Below, piece by piece: positions 47,876 through 58,510 of a DNA stretch of 64,000 nt. Every line of letters begins with the position of its first letter. Within the stretch, counting starts at the first letter, position 1. The stretch is from Bacteroidales bacterium (GTDB lineage Bacteria > Bacteroidota > Bacteroidia > Bacteroidales > VadinHA17): assembly GCA_034522515.1 (NCBI GenBank), contig JAXHLF010000029.1, positions 7,809 to 71,808 of the forward strand. The letters run 5' to 3'. The notes under the pieces were generated by a model. It was given only the letters and a program-made list of their open reading frames with translations, was not told the origin of the DNA and did not search any database. The position numbers and the translations under genes are program-made.

Positions 47876-49010
47876 TCAAATCCGGAAATATAGGCCGGGG
47901 ACTCGGTAGAATTTATCCGTCTCCCCGGCAGCAAAGCCTGTGAACAGAGCATATACCAGTCCGGGTTTTGCGTTCAGCATCCTGTTCAGCGCACCCATCC
48001 GCCTGTTTGTCCTCAGAGTATCGTATAGACTGGAGTGATCATCAAGCCATGTGAGAGCGGTGTGGTAGCCCTCCTTCGCGCAGACCGCCTCGAACAGGTC
48101 GGGGAGAAGATCTTCGCTGCCCTTGCGGCAGTATATGGCATTAAGAATGATATACCTGAACTCTTCGGGCCTGAACAGCCTCCTGAACATGGGTGTGCGG
48201 GGCAGCACCTTCATCATCAGCCACCCCCCCACTCCGGGCACATTGACCACCCTGTACTGTGCCGGTATGGCTCTAACGCCTGCGACGATCTCCCCGTTTT
48301 TCCGAAGAACATAATACTTATGATCGTAAAACGAAAACTCATCCGTATAAAAGCAATAATCGCGATACTGTTCTTCAAGGAGGCGTGCCATTGCAGGCTC
48401 CTCCTCCGGCTTCAGGCGTGCGACAGAGGGATCAGGCTTCGGGTTGAACCTGCTGAAGGCTACAGTAAGGAATGAGCGTATATATTCGTATCCCGACTGG
48501 TTTACCATGTTCCTGGAACGCTCATTCTGGCTCTCAACATATGCATACATGACATGCGGCGTATCCTTCTCATATTCCTCTCCTGTAGCATGTTGCGGAT
48601 CCCTTATCAAAGAGAGGATCTTCTGCTTAAAGCTGTCTCCGGCCTGTGAGAGTTTCTCTCTCCTGCTGTCCGGAGTCCTCCCGGTCTGAAAGGCGCTCTG
48701 AATGGCAAGATAACGCAGATAGGAAGAGTCCACTGTGCCTCACTCCCCTGTTCAGTGTACTGCGCCGGCACACGCCGATTACTCCCTTCAGGCTGCTCTT
48801 CTTGTAGAGGGCCATGAAGGTGAGTCCGTCACCATAGGACTTAATCCTCTCCTCAGTGTTCAGCATGGAGTAGCGCATCCCGCCCTCGGACCCGAGAACA
48901 GTTTCCTTAAGCAGGGAAACTATCTCCTCGTCGGGTTTCCTGACCCTTCTTACCTCCAGTTTCTTATAGTCGATTATGTTTTTCCTGCTCCATAGTCTCC
49001 TGCGGTTCAT
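47876..49010 (-). CDS. Hypothetical protein (~375 aa, one frame break near ~48700); function unknown
   Basis: ORFs 48627..49010 ([23 protein letters not shown]...) and 47876..48733. The start ATG (49010) overlaps the ispD stop as ATGA. Confidence 0.6.
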
Positions 49011-49995
49011 TGTTTGAGCATCCTGACCAGCGTGTGTGCCACGGCCAGGTCCTCAGGTGTGGTTATCTTAATGTTCTCCCTGTTGCCGTGTGTGAGGTGT
49101 ATCTTCACTCCGGCTGCCTCCGCCACGGTGGCGTCATCAGTGAATGAGGGATCGAAGGGGCGGTCATATGCATTCATTATCAGGCTGCTCAGGAACACCT
49201 GCGGGTGTCTGTATCAGTCTGACCTCATTCCTCGGCAGCGGCCTGCTCTCATCACCTTCAATGATCCTGACCGAATCAGAAGGCTCGATAAATGGTATGG
49301 CCGTGCCAAACTCCTCAGCATCAGCATAGCAACGCCATATTGTGTCATGGCTCACCAGGGGCCTGACGCCGTCATGCACGGCCACCAGCGGTTCTCCGGT
49401 CACATGACCCGGTGGGTCCGCAGGCGACCATGTATCAGCATGCGCAGGCGCCCTGACCTCATCGTGCGCAGGGGCTCTGACCTCATCTTGCTCAGGCAAT
49501 CTTGTGTCCGGTGCCGCCTCGCCTGCCGGCGCCTCGCCTGCCGTCCGCCTCCTTCCCCTCTCTTTTTCTTCTTCCTCTTTCTCCCCTCTCCCTCCCTCTC
49601 TCATGGGGAGCAGGCGCCCATGAAATCACCCCCTCCTCATATCTAGCTGCATCATGCGTCAGGCGCCCTGACCTCATCATGCGCAGCATCCCGGCCCGCC
49701 TGTCTGACCAGCTCCAGTCCTGCCCTGACCGAGTGGAATCTCTCCTCACCGCCGGCAGCCACAGTGTGGCCTATGCCGAATGAGTACTCCTTGACCAGGC
49801 TTCTCCCAGAGTGAATGATGTTCCGAAGGAAGAACAACGATTATCTCAATGGTGCTGTCGAAGGAGTGAAACCGTTCAAGGGTATGCATCAGCAGGAGCT
49901 TCCCCCTCAAGCAGGAGGAACTGCTTGGGGAGGGCCGATTGCATTCTCCGCCCGCTGCCACCGGCAACTATGATGCAATACTTTTTCACTCCCAT
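49007..49995 (-). pseudogene. ispD: 2-C-methyl-D-erythritol 4-phosphate cytidylyltransferase, interrupted by a ~300-bp repeat/polypurine insertion plus frame breaks
   Basis: The ATG at 49995 gives MGVKKYCIIVAGGSGRRMQSALPKQFLLLEG. Further pieces read ...LLLMHTLERFHSFDSTIEIIVVLPSEHHSLW..., ...GHTVAAGGEERFHSVRAGLELV, then [49399-49705 insertion], then ...PLVAVHDGVRPLVSHDTI...LIQTP... and 49007..49198 (...[33 protein letters not shown]). Confidence 0.8.
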
Positions 49996-50140
49996 ATCGA
50001 CTCGAATTAACCGCCAATGATCAACACTTTTACCGCCATATATCACACTTCCCACTCACATATCCCCATCAGCACCTACTTCACTCCCATCTAATACTAC
50101 GCCAAGATCAGCACCTTTTCACTCCGGTATATTAACAGAG

Positions 50141-50163
50141 AGGCCCATAACGGGCCTCTCCAG
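50141..50163. terminator. Strong hairpin just downstream of the acyl-CoA ligase stop
   Basis: gagaggccc-ataac-gggcctctc, a 9-bp GC-rich stem with no clear T-run. Confidence 0.4.
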
Positions 50164-50174
50164 TTCATTCCGAA

Positions 50175-51828
50175 CTATTGCTTCATATAGAGATAACGCT
50201 TGATGCTCTTCTTGGGCGTCTTGGCAAACTCCTCAGGATGGACCCTGAATTTAGTCACTGCCATGTAATCAGGCAGGCGGTTGTTCACATCCTTGCGGAT
50301 CTCATCGAGCGCCGCAGCAAGTCCCTCCTCACCTATGCCGGCAGTCCTGAGAGCCTCATAATCAGGATATACAAGGCCCACTAGCTTATCAGCTTCGGAG
50401 ATGACGATGGCCTCGGTTACATATTTGTGGTTGTTTATCAGCGATTCTATCTCTTCAGGATAGATATTCTTGCCCGAGGCGCCCAGCAGCATATCCTTGC
50501 TTCTTCCCTTGATATAAATATATCCGTCCTTGTCTATGACACCGAGGTCACCCGTATGCATCCAGCCATCCTCGTCAATCACATCCTTCGTAGCCTTCTC
50601 GTTCTTGTAGTAGCCAAGCATTACGTTGTCGCCACGGAGTATGATCTCCCCTACTATCTTTTCCGGGTCAGGCGAGTCTATCTTTACCTCAAGGGTATCA
50701 ACAGCCTTACCGCAGGAGGCGATCCTGGCTGTCTTCCACCCGTCATAGGCTATCAGCGGACCGCATTCGGTCATGCCGTATCCTATGGAGAAGCGCAGTC
50801 CGATCTTTTTGAAGAACTTCTCGGCGTCGGCATTGAATGCGGCCCCGCCGATGACCAGCTCCTTGAAGCGACCGCCGAAGCTGATTTCCAGCTTCTCACG
50901 AATTTTCCCGTAAAAAGAATCTTATTGATCCCCGGGACCTTCAGCATCGCCTTCATTGCAGGTTTGGAGATGACAGGAACCATTTTCTTCTTGTAAACCT
51001 TCTCTATCACAAGCGGAACAGAGAGGATCAGCCTGGGCCTTATCTCCTGAAAGGCCTGCAGGAGAATCTGCGGTGAGGGAGTCTTGGTGAGTATTGTTAT
51101 ATGACACCCGTAGGTAAAGGGGAAGAGAAACTCAAAAGCACATCCGTAGGTGTGTGCCAGCGGGAGGAAAGAGACGACGGGGTCACCCGGCTCCAGGGGC
51201 ATGTTATTCTGTGCATACCTGATGTTTGCTGCCAGGCTCCTGTGGGGAACCATCACACCTTTTGAGAAACCTGTGGTACCGGAGGTGTAACTGATAACGG
51301 CAAGCTGCTCATTGTCAACTCCGGAGAATTTGATGTCAGCCGGACCAAACTCCGGAAAGGTTTTACGGAAGTGGTCGTCAAGGTTCTTGTATATCTCAGG
51401 GAATTTATCTGACCGGCTCATGATCACTCAAAGGTATCAAGGCTGATGACACCTTCGATCTCTTTGATCTTCTCCGGGTCAAGCAGCTCCCAGATCTTGT
51501 CATCAATGAAAAGCATCTTTGAGTCGGAGTGGTTGATGATGTTGTGAAGGTCATCAGGCTTGAAGTCCGGCAGTATGGGAACAATGCACTGCACCATAGG
51601 TCACCACGGCAAGATACATGGCGCACCAGTTGGCAGAGTTCCTGCCCAGCAGGGCAATTTTATCGCCCTCAACAATTCCATATTCCCGAAAGACAATATG
51701 GTGTTTGACCATTACTTCAGCTATCTCTTTGTAGGTATAGCCCTTTTCACGGTAATTGGAAAGCGCCTCGATTTCCCAGTTCTTTCTTATGCTCTCTCAC
51801 ATAGGTGATAAATCGTTCCTTGATCATG
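50175..51828 (-). pseudogene. AMP-dependent synthetase/ligase (long-chain acyl-CoA ligase-like), frame breaks
   Basis: Pieces are 51405..51626 plus an upstream start MIKERFITYVREHKKE at ~51828, 50783..51427 (AMP-binding motif YTSGTTGFSKGVMVPHRSL) and 50175..50774 (...WMHTGDLGVIDKDGYIYIKGRSKDM...). Confidence 0.8.
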
Positions 51829-51888
51829 ATTTTGGAGTTTTTTCTGTTTTTATGTATAAATATAATCTTTAAAACTGAAGGCGATAAC

Positions 51889-52095
51889 ACTGTAAAGCAA
51901 AAGCACACGTGAAGAGTTGCTGTTCATTCATCAGTCGTATGGCAGGTCACAGCCAGTAAAGCAAAAGCACCGGCTAAGTGTTGTCTCTTAATTCATCAAT
52001 CGCATGGCCGGTCACAGCCCGCAAAGCGAAAGCACCGGCTAAGTGTTGTCTGTTCTTTCATCAATCGCATGGCCGGTCACAGTCTGTAGAGCAAA
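51889..52095. repeat. ~65-bp tandem repeat x3 plus a partial unit that overlaps the 3' end and stop of the membrane-protein gene
   Basis: Units are at 51889-51948, 51949-52013 and 52014-52078 (cacagcc(a/c)g(t/c)aaagc(a/g)aaagcaccggctaagtgttgtct...catcaatcgcatggccggt). The unit start recurs at 52079 (cacagtctgtagagcaaaagcaccg), which is the last ~8 codons plus the stop. Confidence 0.85.
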
Positions 52096-52469
52096 AGCAC
52101 CGTCAGGGCCATGATGAGATTAACCGCCGTAAAGACCATGTTATACCGTACTCTTTTAGCGCTGAAGCGGGTAATCTTTCTCGAGAATATGGCTGCTGTC
52201 GGAACAAACAGCACCACCAGGAATATGAAGAATTCCGGTCCGTCGAACACCTGGCTCACCCCTCCTCCCTGAGGCTGGCGAAATAGATTACGATCAGCAT
52301 CACCATGAGATACGAGGAGATAGCTGCCTTTAAGTGCCAGCGTGGAGAGGGGCCGGGAGTGATGAAGCTTGTGGGGTTTAAGGTAAGCGTATGCTATTGA
52401 GAACACAATCAGCGCGAAGAGGGCCCCGATAATATAACTCATCATCTCCGGAAAATTGTAGTTGCTCAT
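52077..52469 (-). CDS. Small integral membrane protein, unknown function
   Basis: 130-aa intact ORF with about three hydrophobic segments (MMSYIIGALFALIVFSIAYAYL..., FFIFLVVLFVPTAAIF..., VFTAVNLIMALTVLLLY). Confidence 0.55.
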   Translation of the reverse strand: MSNYNFPEMMSYIIGALFALIVFSIAYAYLKPHKLHHSRPLSTLALKGSYLLVSHGDADRNLFRQPQGGGVSQVFDGPEFFIFLVVLFVPTAAIFSRKITRFSAKRVRYNMVFTAVNLIMALTVLLLYRL

Positions 52470-52481
52470 TTACTGTTGCTA

Positions 52482-53460
52482 TTACTTATCCTGATCCAAC
52501 CCTGACCATACCAGTGAGCTTGCCCCGAGCACGGCAGCGTTCTGTGTGCTCAGTTCGGAAGGGAGGAGCTTCACCTTGTCACGGTAGATATGGAGCAGGT
52601 CTTTCTCCATATGCTCCTTTGCCGGCTCAAAGATAAGCTCCTTGGCCAGGGCCAGTCCTCCGAAGAGGAATATCGCCTCGGGATTGGTATGCGCCACCAC
52701 GTCGGCGAGCTTGAATCCCAGCATGGCACCCGTATGTTCAAAAGCCTCAAGGGCTATGGCGTCTCCGCGACGGGCGGCCTCATAGATCTTTTTTGAGTCG
52801 AGCTCCTCGAAGCTGAAGCGTCGCAGCTCGCTGTCATCAAGCTTGTCAGCCATTATCTTCAGCACCGTCCGTTTCAGTCCCGTGGCTGAGACATATGTCT
52901 CGAGGCACCCCTTGCGTCCGCACCCGCAGTCGCGGTTTGACATGCCCGGCCTGATGGAGGTGTGTCCGATCTCGCCTGCAAAACCGTCATGGCCGTAGAC
53001 AAGCTTGCCGTCAACGACAAACCCGCTGCCAAGGCCGGTGCCGAGGGTGATCACAACAAAGTTCTTCATCCCTCTGGCGCCTCCGTAGATCATCTCTCCC
53101 ACGGCGGCAGCGTTGGCGTCATTGGTGACAATAACCGGCAGGGAAGTGTGCCTGCTAAAGATCTCTGCCAGCGGAATTATCCCCTTCCATGGAAGATCGG
53201 CCGGGTACTCTATGGTTCCCTTGTTGATGTTTCCCATGGGGGCGCCGATGCCAAAACCAAGTATCTCAACCTCCCTGCCGATCCTTGTTGACAGTGATCA
53301 TCATCTTTTCATATAGGGCGGCAACAAACACCTCCGGCTCGTCATAGTGGGTTGTGACTATCTGATCCTCAGCCAGAATCTTACCAGCCCTGTCAACAAA
53401 TCCAAAGACAGTATTTGTGCCTCCTATGTCAATGCCGACCACTACCTTTTCCTTATTCAT
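52482..53460 (-). CDS. ROK-family sugar kinase (glucokinase-like) 1, one frame break near ~53250
   Basis: ORFs 53266..53460 (MNKEKVVVGIDIGGTNTVFGFVD) and 52482..53237 (TNDANAAAVGE...GHTSIRPGMSNRDCGCGRKGCLETYVSATG). Confidence 0.85.
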
Positions 53461-53552
53461 TGTAAAAATTAGAGTTAAACTATAAGTAAATATATTGTTT
53501 TGTTCAGACCGGTGAAAACAATGTCTTTCCGGGAAAATGATTTCAGATCTTC

Positions 53553-54576
53553 CTAAGCGGGAACATATTCATTTCCCACTTTCCTTGCCCTTGTCGGATG
53601 GTCAAGATCAATCTTCAGGGCGATACCGGTCTCTACCGAGTATGTTCCACCCTGCGGCAAGCTGAATGTACTCAGCGTACTCTCCTCCATCAGGGATAAC
53701 TATTGTCGGGAAAATGGTCTTTTCCTTAGCTATCGCGATGACATTGACCTCAGCCCCCTTCACGATGCACTCCATGAACTTGTCGTGGTCATGTTCGAAT
53801 GGATCGACCCATATCAGGACCTCATTTTTGTTCATCACCTCCTCTATGCCATGGAGGGCGAAAGTTCCCTCAAGGAAGGCCGACTTCTTCCTGGTGATCT
53901 CATTGGTCTTCAGGGCAAGCTCGGCGGCGACTCCGTTATCGCGTCCCGCAAAGTATATCATGTCGGCATTGCGGACCATGTCAATGATCTTTTTGTCAAT
54001 CCTGGCCGTCAGCACCTCTTCTGCCTGGTCAGCTGCCTTCTTGAGGCCGGTCATCTTCTCACCCGCGGAGATTACGCAGCAGGGAGTCGTAGAAAAGCGC
54101 CTGCTCCACCACCGACTTGGTAGCAGCGACGGCGTTCTCCTTGCCGCATTTCAGCACATGTGCTGCGTCGGCAAATTCCTCCAGCCTGGTGTTCGGGTTG
54201 GCTGTCAGGCCGAATATGGCATTATGCTTCTTCTTTTTCAGGGCGGTCACAAGGCGGATCACCTCTTTTGTCTGACCGGAGTTGGATGCGGCAAACACCA
54301 CGAAGTCGCGGAGATCGGCACTCCAGCGACTGGGTACAGCCCTCCGTCATCACGGGCAGAAGATCAATTCCTTCTTCAGGGACGAAAAGATGGCTCTCTT
54401 TGCCCGGGGAAGACCTTGCTGCTACCCTCACCTGTGAGGAAGAGTCCCTTTTTCGATTTGAAAGCCTTCAGGAAAGGAGCGGAGACTTCAGGTCTGAATG
54501 ACCTTATTATGCCTGGTGTTTCCATCATTTCGCGCACCAGGGCGAACTTGCTGTATTTTTTGTCGGTCAGATTCAT
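53553..54576 (-). pseudogene. SIS-domain sugar-phosphate isomerase/deaminase (AgaS/GlmS-C-like), frame breaks
   Basis: Pieces are 54376..54576 (MNLTDKKYSKFALVREMMETP...LFLTGEGSS), 54059..54301 (VFAASNSGQTKEVI...) and 53608..54054. A shifted C-terminus ends ...VETGIALKIDLDHPTRARKVGNEYVPA* at 53553. Confidence 0.7.
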
Positions 54577-54587
54577 GGACGGGGATG

Positions 54588-55357
54588 TTATTGTTTAACA
54601 ATGAATTCACTCAGGTGGCGCTGTATCTGCGGGTCTTTCTGGAAGCCGCCGCCGAGATGCTGCCAGTATACTTCAGCGTACTCCACTCCTGCTAATTTAC
54701 CATAGTTTTTGTTCCCCTCCAGCACGTAGCCGAAGAAATCGTCTATCCGGTGCATGTGCTTCATCAGCTCAAGCTGCGACAGATGCTTGCCCAGCATCTC
54801 TATCTTGGTGTCAACCACGCTGGTGACATCGACGAGAAAGTGGGGTGGTACGAGCTGTGAGCCGAGCGGGTCGCTCAGTGTCAGTGGTGAAGTATGGTAG
54901 AGAAGAGGTGTCACCTCCAGCGGTTTCTCCGGCACAGGCACCGGGTCAAGCGAGGCTACCATGGCTGCGGCCTCCACGATGGCCGCCGGTGGCCCGGTGG
55001 TCCGGATGGTAGTCGTTTGGCAGGTGTGTAAAGACGATGCCGGCCCTCACCTTTCGCATTAGTGATATTGTCTTCAGCCGCAGCTCCCGCGTGTCGATAG
55101 AGGGAGCCGTTAGTAGCACCCATGGTGTAATATTCGGCATCAAGTACGGCGGCGGCGGCCTTAGCCTCATCATATCTCACCCGCGCCGTCTCCTCCATGC
55201 TCATGTTGCATCCGCCCAGATCGCCTCCGGTCATTGTGGCTATCACAATACGGTATCCCCTGTCATGCAGGAACTTCAGCACCCCCGCGTTCCATGCCTC
55301 AGCATCATCGGGATGAGCGTTGATAGAGAGTGCTACCTTGTTGAATTCCGTTGCCAT
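54588..55357 (-). pseudogene. PIG-L/LmbE-family deacetylase, frame breaks
   Basis: ORF 54956..55357 (MATEFNKVALSINAHPDDAEAWNAG...IATMTGGDLG), with 54946..55173 and 54588..54977 supplying the rest (HPDHRATG...). Confidence 0.7.
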
Positions 55358-55368
55358 ACCTTATCGTT

Positions 55369-56580
55369 TTATTTTAATACCATTATCTTTTTAAGCTTCA
55401 CAAAATCAGGGAGGTCGCCTGTGAGTGGCTTCATATACCTCATGAAGGCGTCAGAGACGAAGTTGCCGGCGGCGTTGAAGTACTCTGCGGGCATGGGTCT
55501 GGCGGCGATGGCCACCTCGCTCAGCGGCACCTTTCCGAATGTCACCTCATAGGGGTCATCGGAGGTCCTGTCTATGCTTACCATGAATCCCGACTCTCCC
55601 CTCTCGGCCAGTCGTACAGCCTCGACTTAGCACCTGTAGGCCTCATCGAGTTCAAGCGGCAGCGACCTGACATAGTCGCTCATTATCAACGACTCCGTTA
55701 TCTGGAAAAACTCACCCCTGACGCCCGACTCCGACGAGATCATGCGGTGGAGTGTCAGCCCTACGCTGGCACCGCCCATGGCACCGAACTCGGTGTTGCT
55801 GAATGTGTCCTTCACCACCGAGGCGCTGACCGGGGAGCCGTCGGCATACCTTATACCCTCGCCGCAGACCACCGAGACCCAGCCGTATCTGGTGATGCAG
55901 TGTTCAACGTCCGCGAGGAACTGTTCCTTCACGAAGTGATGCTCGGGAGCGTATATCAGGTGGGGCGCATCATCCTCGTCACGCCTGGCAACGGCCGTTG
56001 CGGCGGCGAGCCATCCGGCATCACGGCCGATGGTCTGGTAGACAACAAACTGATCGACCTTCTTCATGTCGCGGGCCAGCATTCACCCTGCATCACGTTG
56101 AGAATATTGGACCATGCCGCCGATGCAAATCCCGCGGTGTGGTCAGTGCCAAAGAGGTCATTGTCAACCGTTTTCGGGATGCCGACACCCGTAGAGCTGC
56201 GTAGCCCCTGTCACGGCAATAGGACTCCACCCTGTGGATGGTATCCATCGTGTCATTCCCTCCTATAAGGAAGAAGTACCTCTTATATCATACTTTTCAG
56301 TATGGAAAGGATTCGGGGAAAATCCTCATCCTTGAGCTTGTGGCGTAATTGAGCCGAGGGCCGATGAGGGTGTACGGCGGAGGCACCGTATGATGTCGTC
56401 AGGTTGTGACCAGAGGTCAAAGAGCCACTCGTTCATGAATCCCTCGATGCCGTAGTTCATGCCATAGACACCTGAAATTATTCCCGAGGCCCGGGCGGCG
56501 GTGACCACTCCTGCAAGGCTTGAGTTTATAACTGATGTCGGACCGCCTGACTGGCCGATCACTGCATTGCCCTTCATCAT
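55369..56580 (-). pseudogene. 6-phosphofructokinase family (PPi/ATP-dependent), frame breaks
   Basis: Pieces are 56326..56580 (MMKGNAVIGQSGGPTSVINSSLAGVV), 55627..56082 (...VYQTIGRDAGWLAAATA...VVCGEGI...) and 55369..55584. Confidence 0.75.
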
Positions 56581-56643
56581 ATCTGTGCTATTTGAGAATT
56601 AGGTTTAAGAGTTGCTATTTTTATTTGTGACTGCGTCGCCAAA

Positions 56644-57363
56644 CTATGGATTTACCATGTGGGTTTCTGGTTGTGCCATCCGACTGGCGGAGCGGCGATT
56701 TATGAGCTTAAATGAACTTCCAGATTCCAAATTATTCGGACGGTGATAATCGGGCTTTTCAGTGCCTACCGGTTTCCAGGTCACAATCTGCGGGTTGCTC
56801 AGCTTGTCGCCGCACTTGCAGAATTTGGCCTTGAAGCTCCTGCCGGCCAGGGTGTCAATCTTCTGGCGGAAGAAAGTTTTAAGCGGGATGGCCACTGCCA
56901 GAGACCACCTTATGTCGCCGCTGATCTCTCTGAACAGATTCCCCGCCCATTGTGGTGAGGCGGCGGATGCCATCAACCACAGAGGTCTCTGCTCTTACGC
57001 TGTCATGTCCTTGGTGGCCCCATCCCATCAGCGCCGTGCCTATCGGGTTAAACTCGAAATTATAATAGATGCCGTCATCAGAGGGTGCGACGAAGAACTC
57101 GACGCACCAGTCTTTCGCATACCATCTCGTTGGTGCGGCTATCTCTCCGCCTTGACATCGGCCTTCCTCACGTAATATTTGATATAGATCTCATCGTTGT
57201 CGCCCAGGCAATATTGAACCTCACCTCAGGCTTGTAGGGAATGATTCCCAGTTAACCGTCTCTATAAGATGGCCCTCTCCAAGCTCATCAAGTCTGGCGG
57301 TGACCTCTTCCATGGAGGACTGGTCTTTTCAGTGTTCAGTCTTCTGACCTCTATGGTTCGCAT
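56644..57363 (-). pseudogene. Carbohydrate-binding family 9-like (DOMON-like) protein, frame breaks
   Basis: The ATG at 57363 gives MRTIEVRRLNTEK. Shifted frames read ...ETVNWESFPYKPEV..., ...DWCVEFFVAPSDDGIYYNFEFNPIGTALMGWG..., and ORF 56644..56976 (...FKAKFCKCGDKLSNPQIVTWKPVGTEKPDYHRP). The family call is from memory of CBM9_2-type motifs. Confidence 0.5.
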
Positions 57364-57400
57364 CTCTTCACTTTTAGTTAGTTCCGCTTCGAGAACAATC

Positions 57401-57570
57401 TCAGCTTTGACCCGCATCCTTCCGGATCAGTGCCGTCAATGCCAGTCTGTCTGTCAGCCTCGCGGTTGTCAGCTTTGACCCGCATCCTTCCGGAACAGTG
57501 CCGTCAATGCCAGCCTGTTTGTCAGCCCCGCTGTTGTCAGCTTTGACCCGCATCCTTCCAGATCAGTGCC
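57401..57570. repeat. 68-bp tandem repeat: two downstream copies plus the original that includes the last codons and stop of ROK kinase 2
   Basis: tcagctttgacccgcatccttcc(g/a)ga(t/a)cagtgccg... begins at 57401, 57469 and 57537. The copy at 57537 starts with the gene stop codon. Confidence 0.85.
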
Positions 57571-58495
57571 GAGGCGCCGAGTATCGCTGCGCGCGCTTCC
57601 GGCAGTCCTGACGGCATCACGGTGAATGTACCCCGGAATATTGGCTGAACAAGTTCGTCAGCATATCCTACCGGTTCAAAGACGGCATCACCTGCCTTTG
57701 TCAGTCCTCCGAACAGGAATATTGTTTCCGGGCTGGAGAAGATCACGGCGTTGGCTCTGCCCGAGTGCGATCATACGTGCTGTCTGGTCGAGGGCCTCGA
57801 TTGCGATGATGTCGCCGGCCGCCGCGGCCTCGGCCACTCTTCGCGAGGTTATCTCACTGCTCTTCAGGTCACGCAGTATGCTCTCCTCGCGGAGGTCGCT
57901 GAGCAGGGCGAGGACAGTGCGCACCAGCCCTGTGGCAGAGGCGTAGGTCTCCAGGCATCCGCGGCGGCCGCATCCGCAGATCCTGCCTCCCTCGGCAACG
58001 GTCACGCGACCAAGCTCACCGGCAAAACCGGTATGGCCATACACCACCTCACCGTCAACGACGATCCCGCTGCCGTCCCTATGCCCAGGGCCAGGACTTC
58101 AAAACGCTCTATGCCCTTTGCCGCTCCAAAGATCATCTCACCAAGGGCCGCGGCATTGGCATTGTTGGTTATCCTGGTCTTTAGTCCCGTTCGCCTCTCG
58201 GTCAGCATTACCAGCGGTATTATTCCCTTCCAACGGAGGTTCGGTGCTTACGTCAACGGTTCCCTTGTTGAAGTTGGCGTTGGGGCGCTCCAATGCTGAT
58301 GCCGGTAAGCGTCAGGTCATCATGGCCGGCAATCATCTCCTTCAGCTTAAGGTCAAGGGCTGTGACAAAGTCATCAGCAAAGGCATAATCGGGCGTGGAG
58401 AGCCTTCCCTCGGCATGGATCTCACCATCGCGGTCGACAAAACCGATGATTGTGTTTGTTCCTCCAATGTCTACTCCGGCTACTACTTCTTTCAT
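57537..58495 (-). pseudogene. ROK-family sugar kinase 2, frame breaks
   Basis: Pieces are 58253..58495 (MKEVVAGVDIGGTNTIIGFVD), 58002..58208 (NNANAAALGE), 57688..58047 (GHTGFAGELG...ICGCGRRGCLETYASATG) and 57537..57746. Confidence 0.8.
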
Positions 58496-58510
58496 ATTCT
58501 GCTCTCAGTT

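Noticed and set aside
51889-52095. Possible CRISPR arrays, considered for this and the other tandem repeats at 40603-40718, 44671-44870 and 57401-57570
   Set aside because: The repeats are directly adjacent or degenerate with no unique spacers, the unit sizes and copy numbers do not fit, and there are no cas genes in the window.
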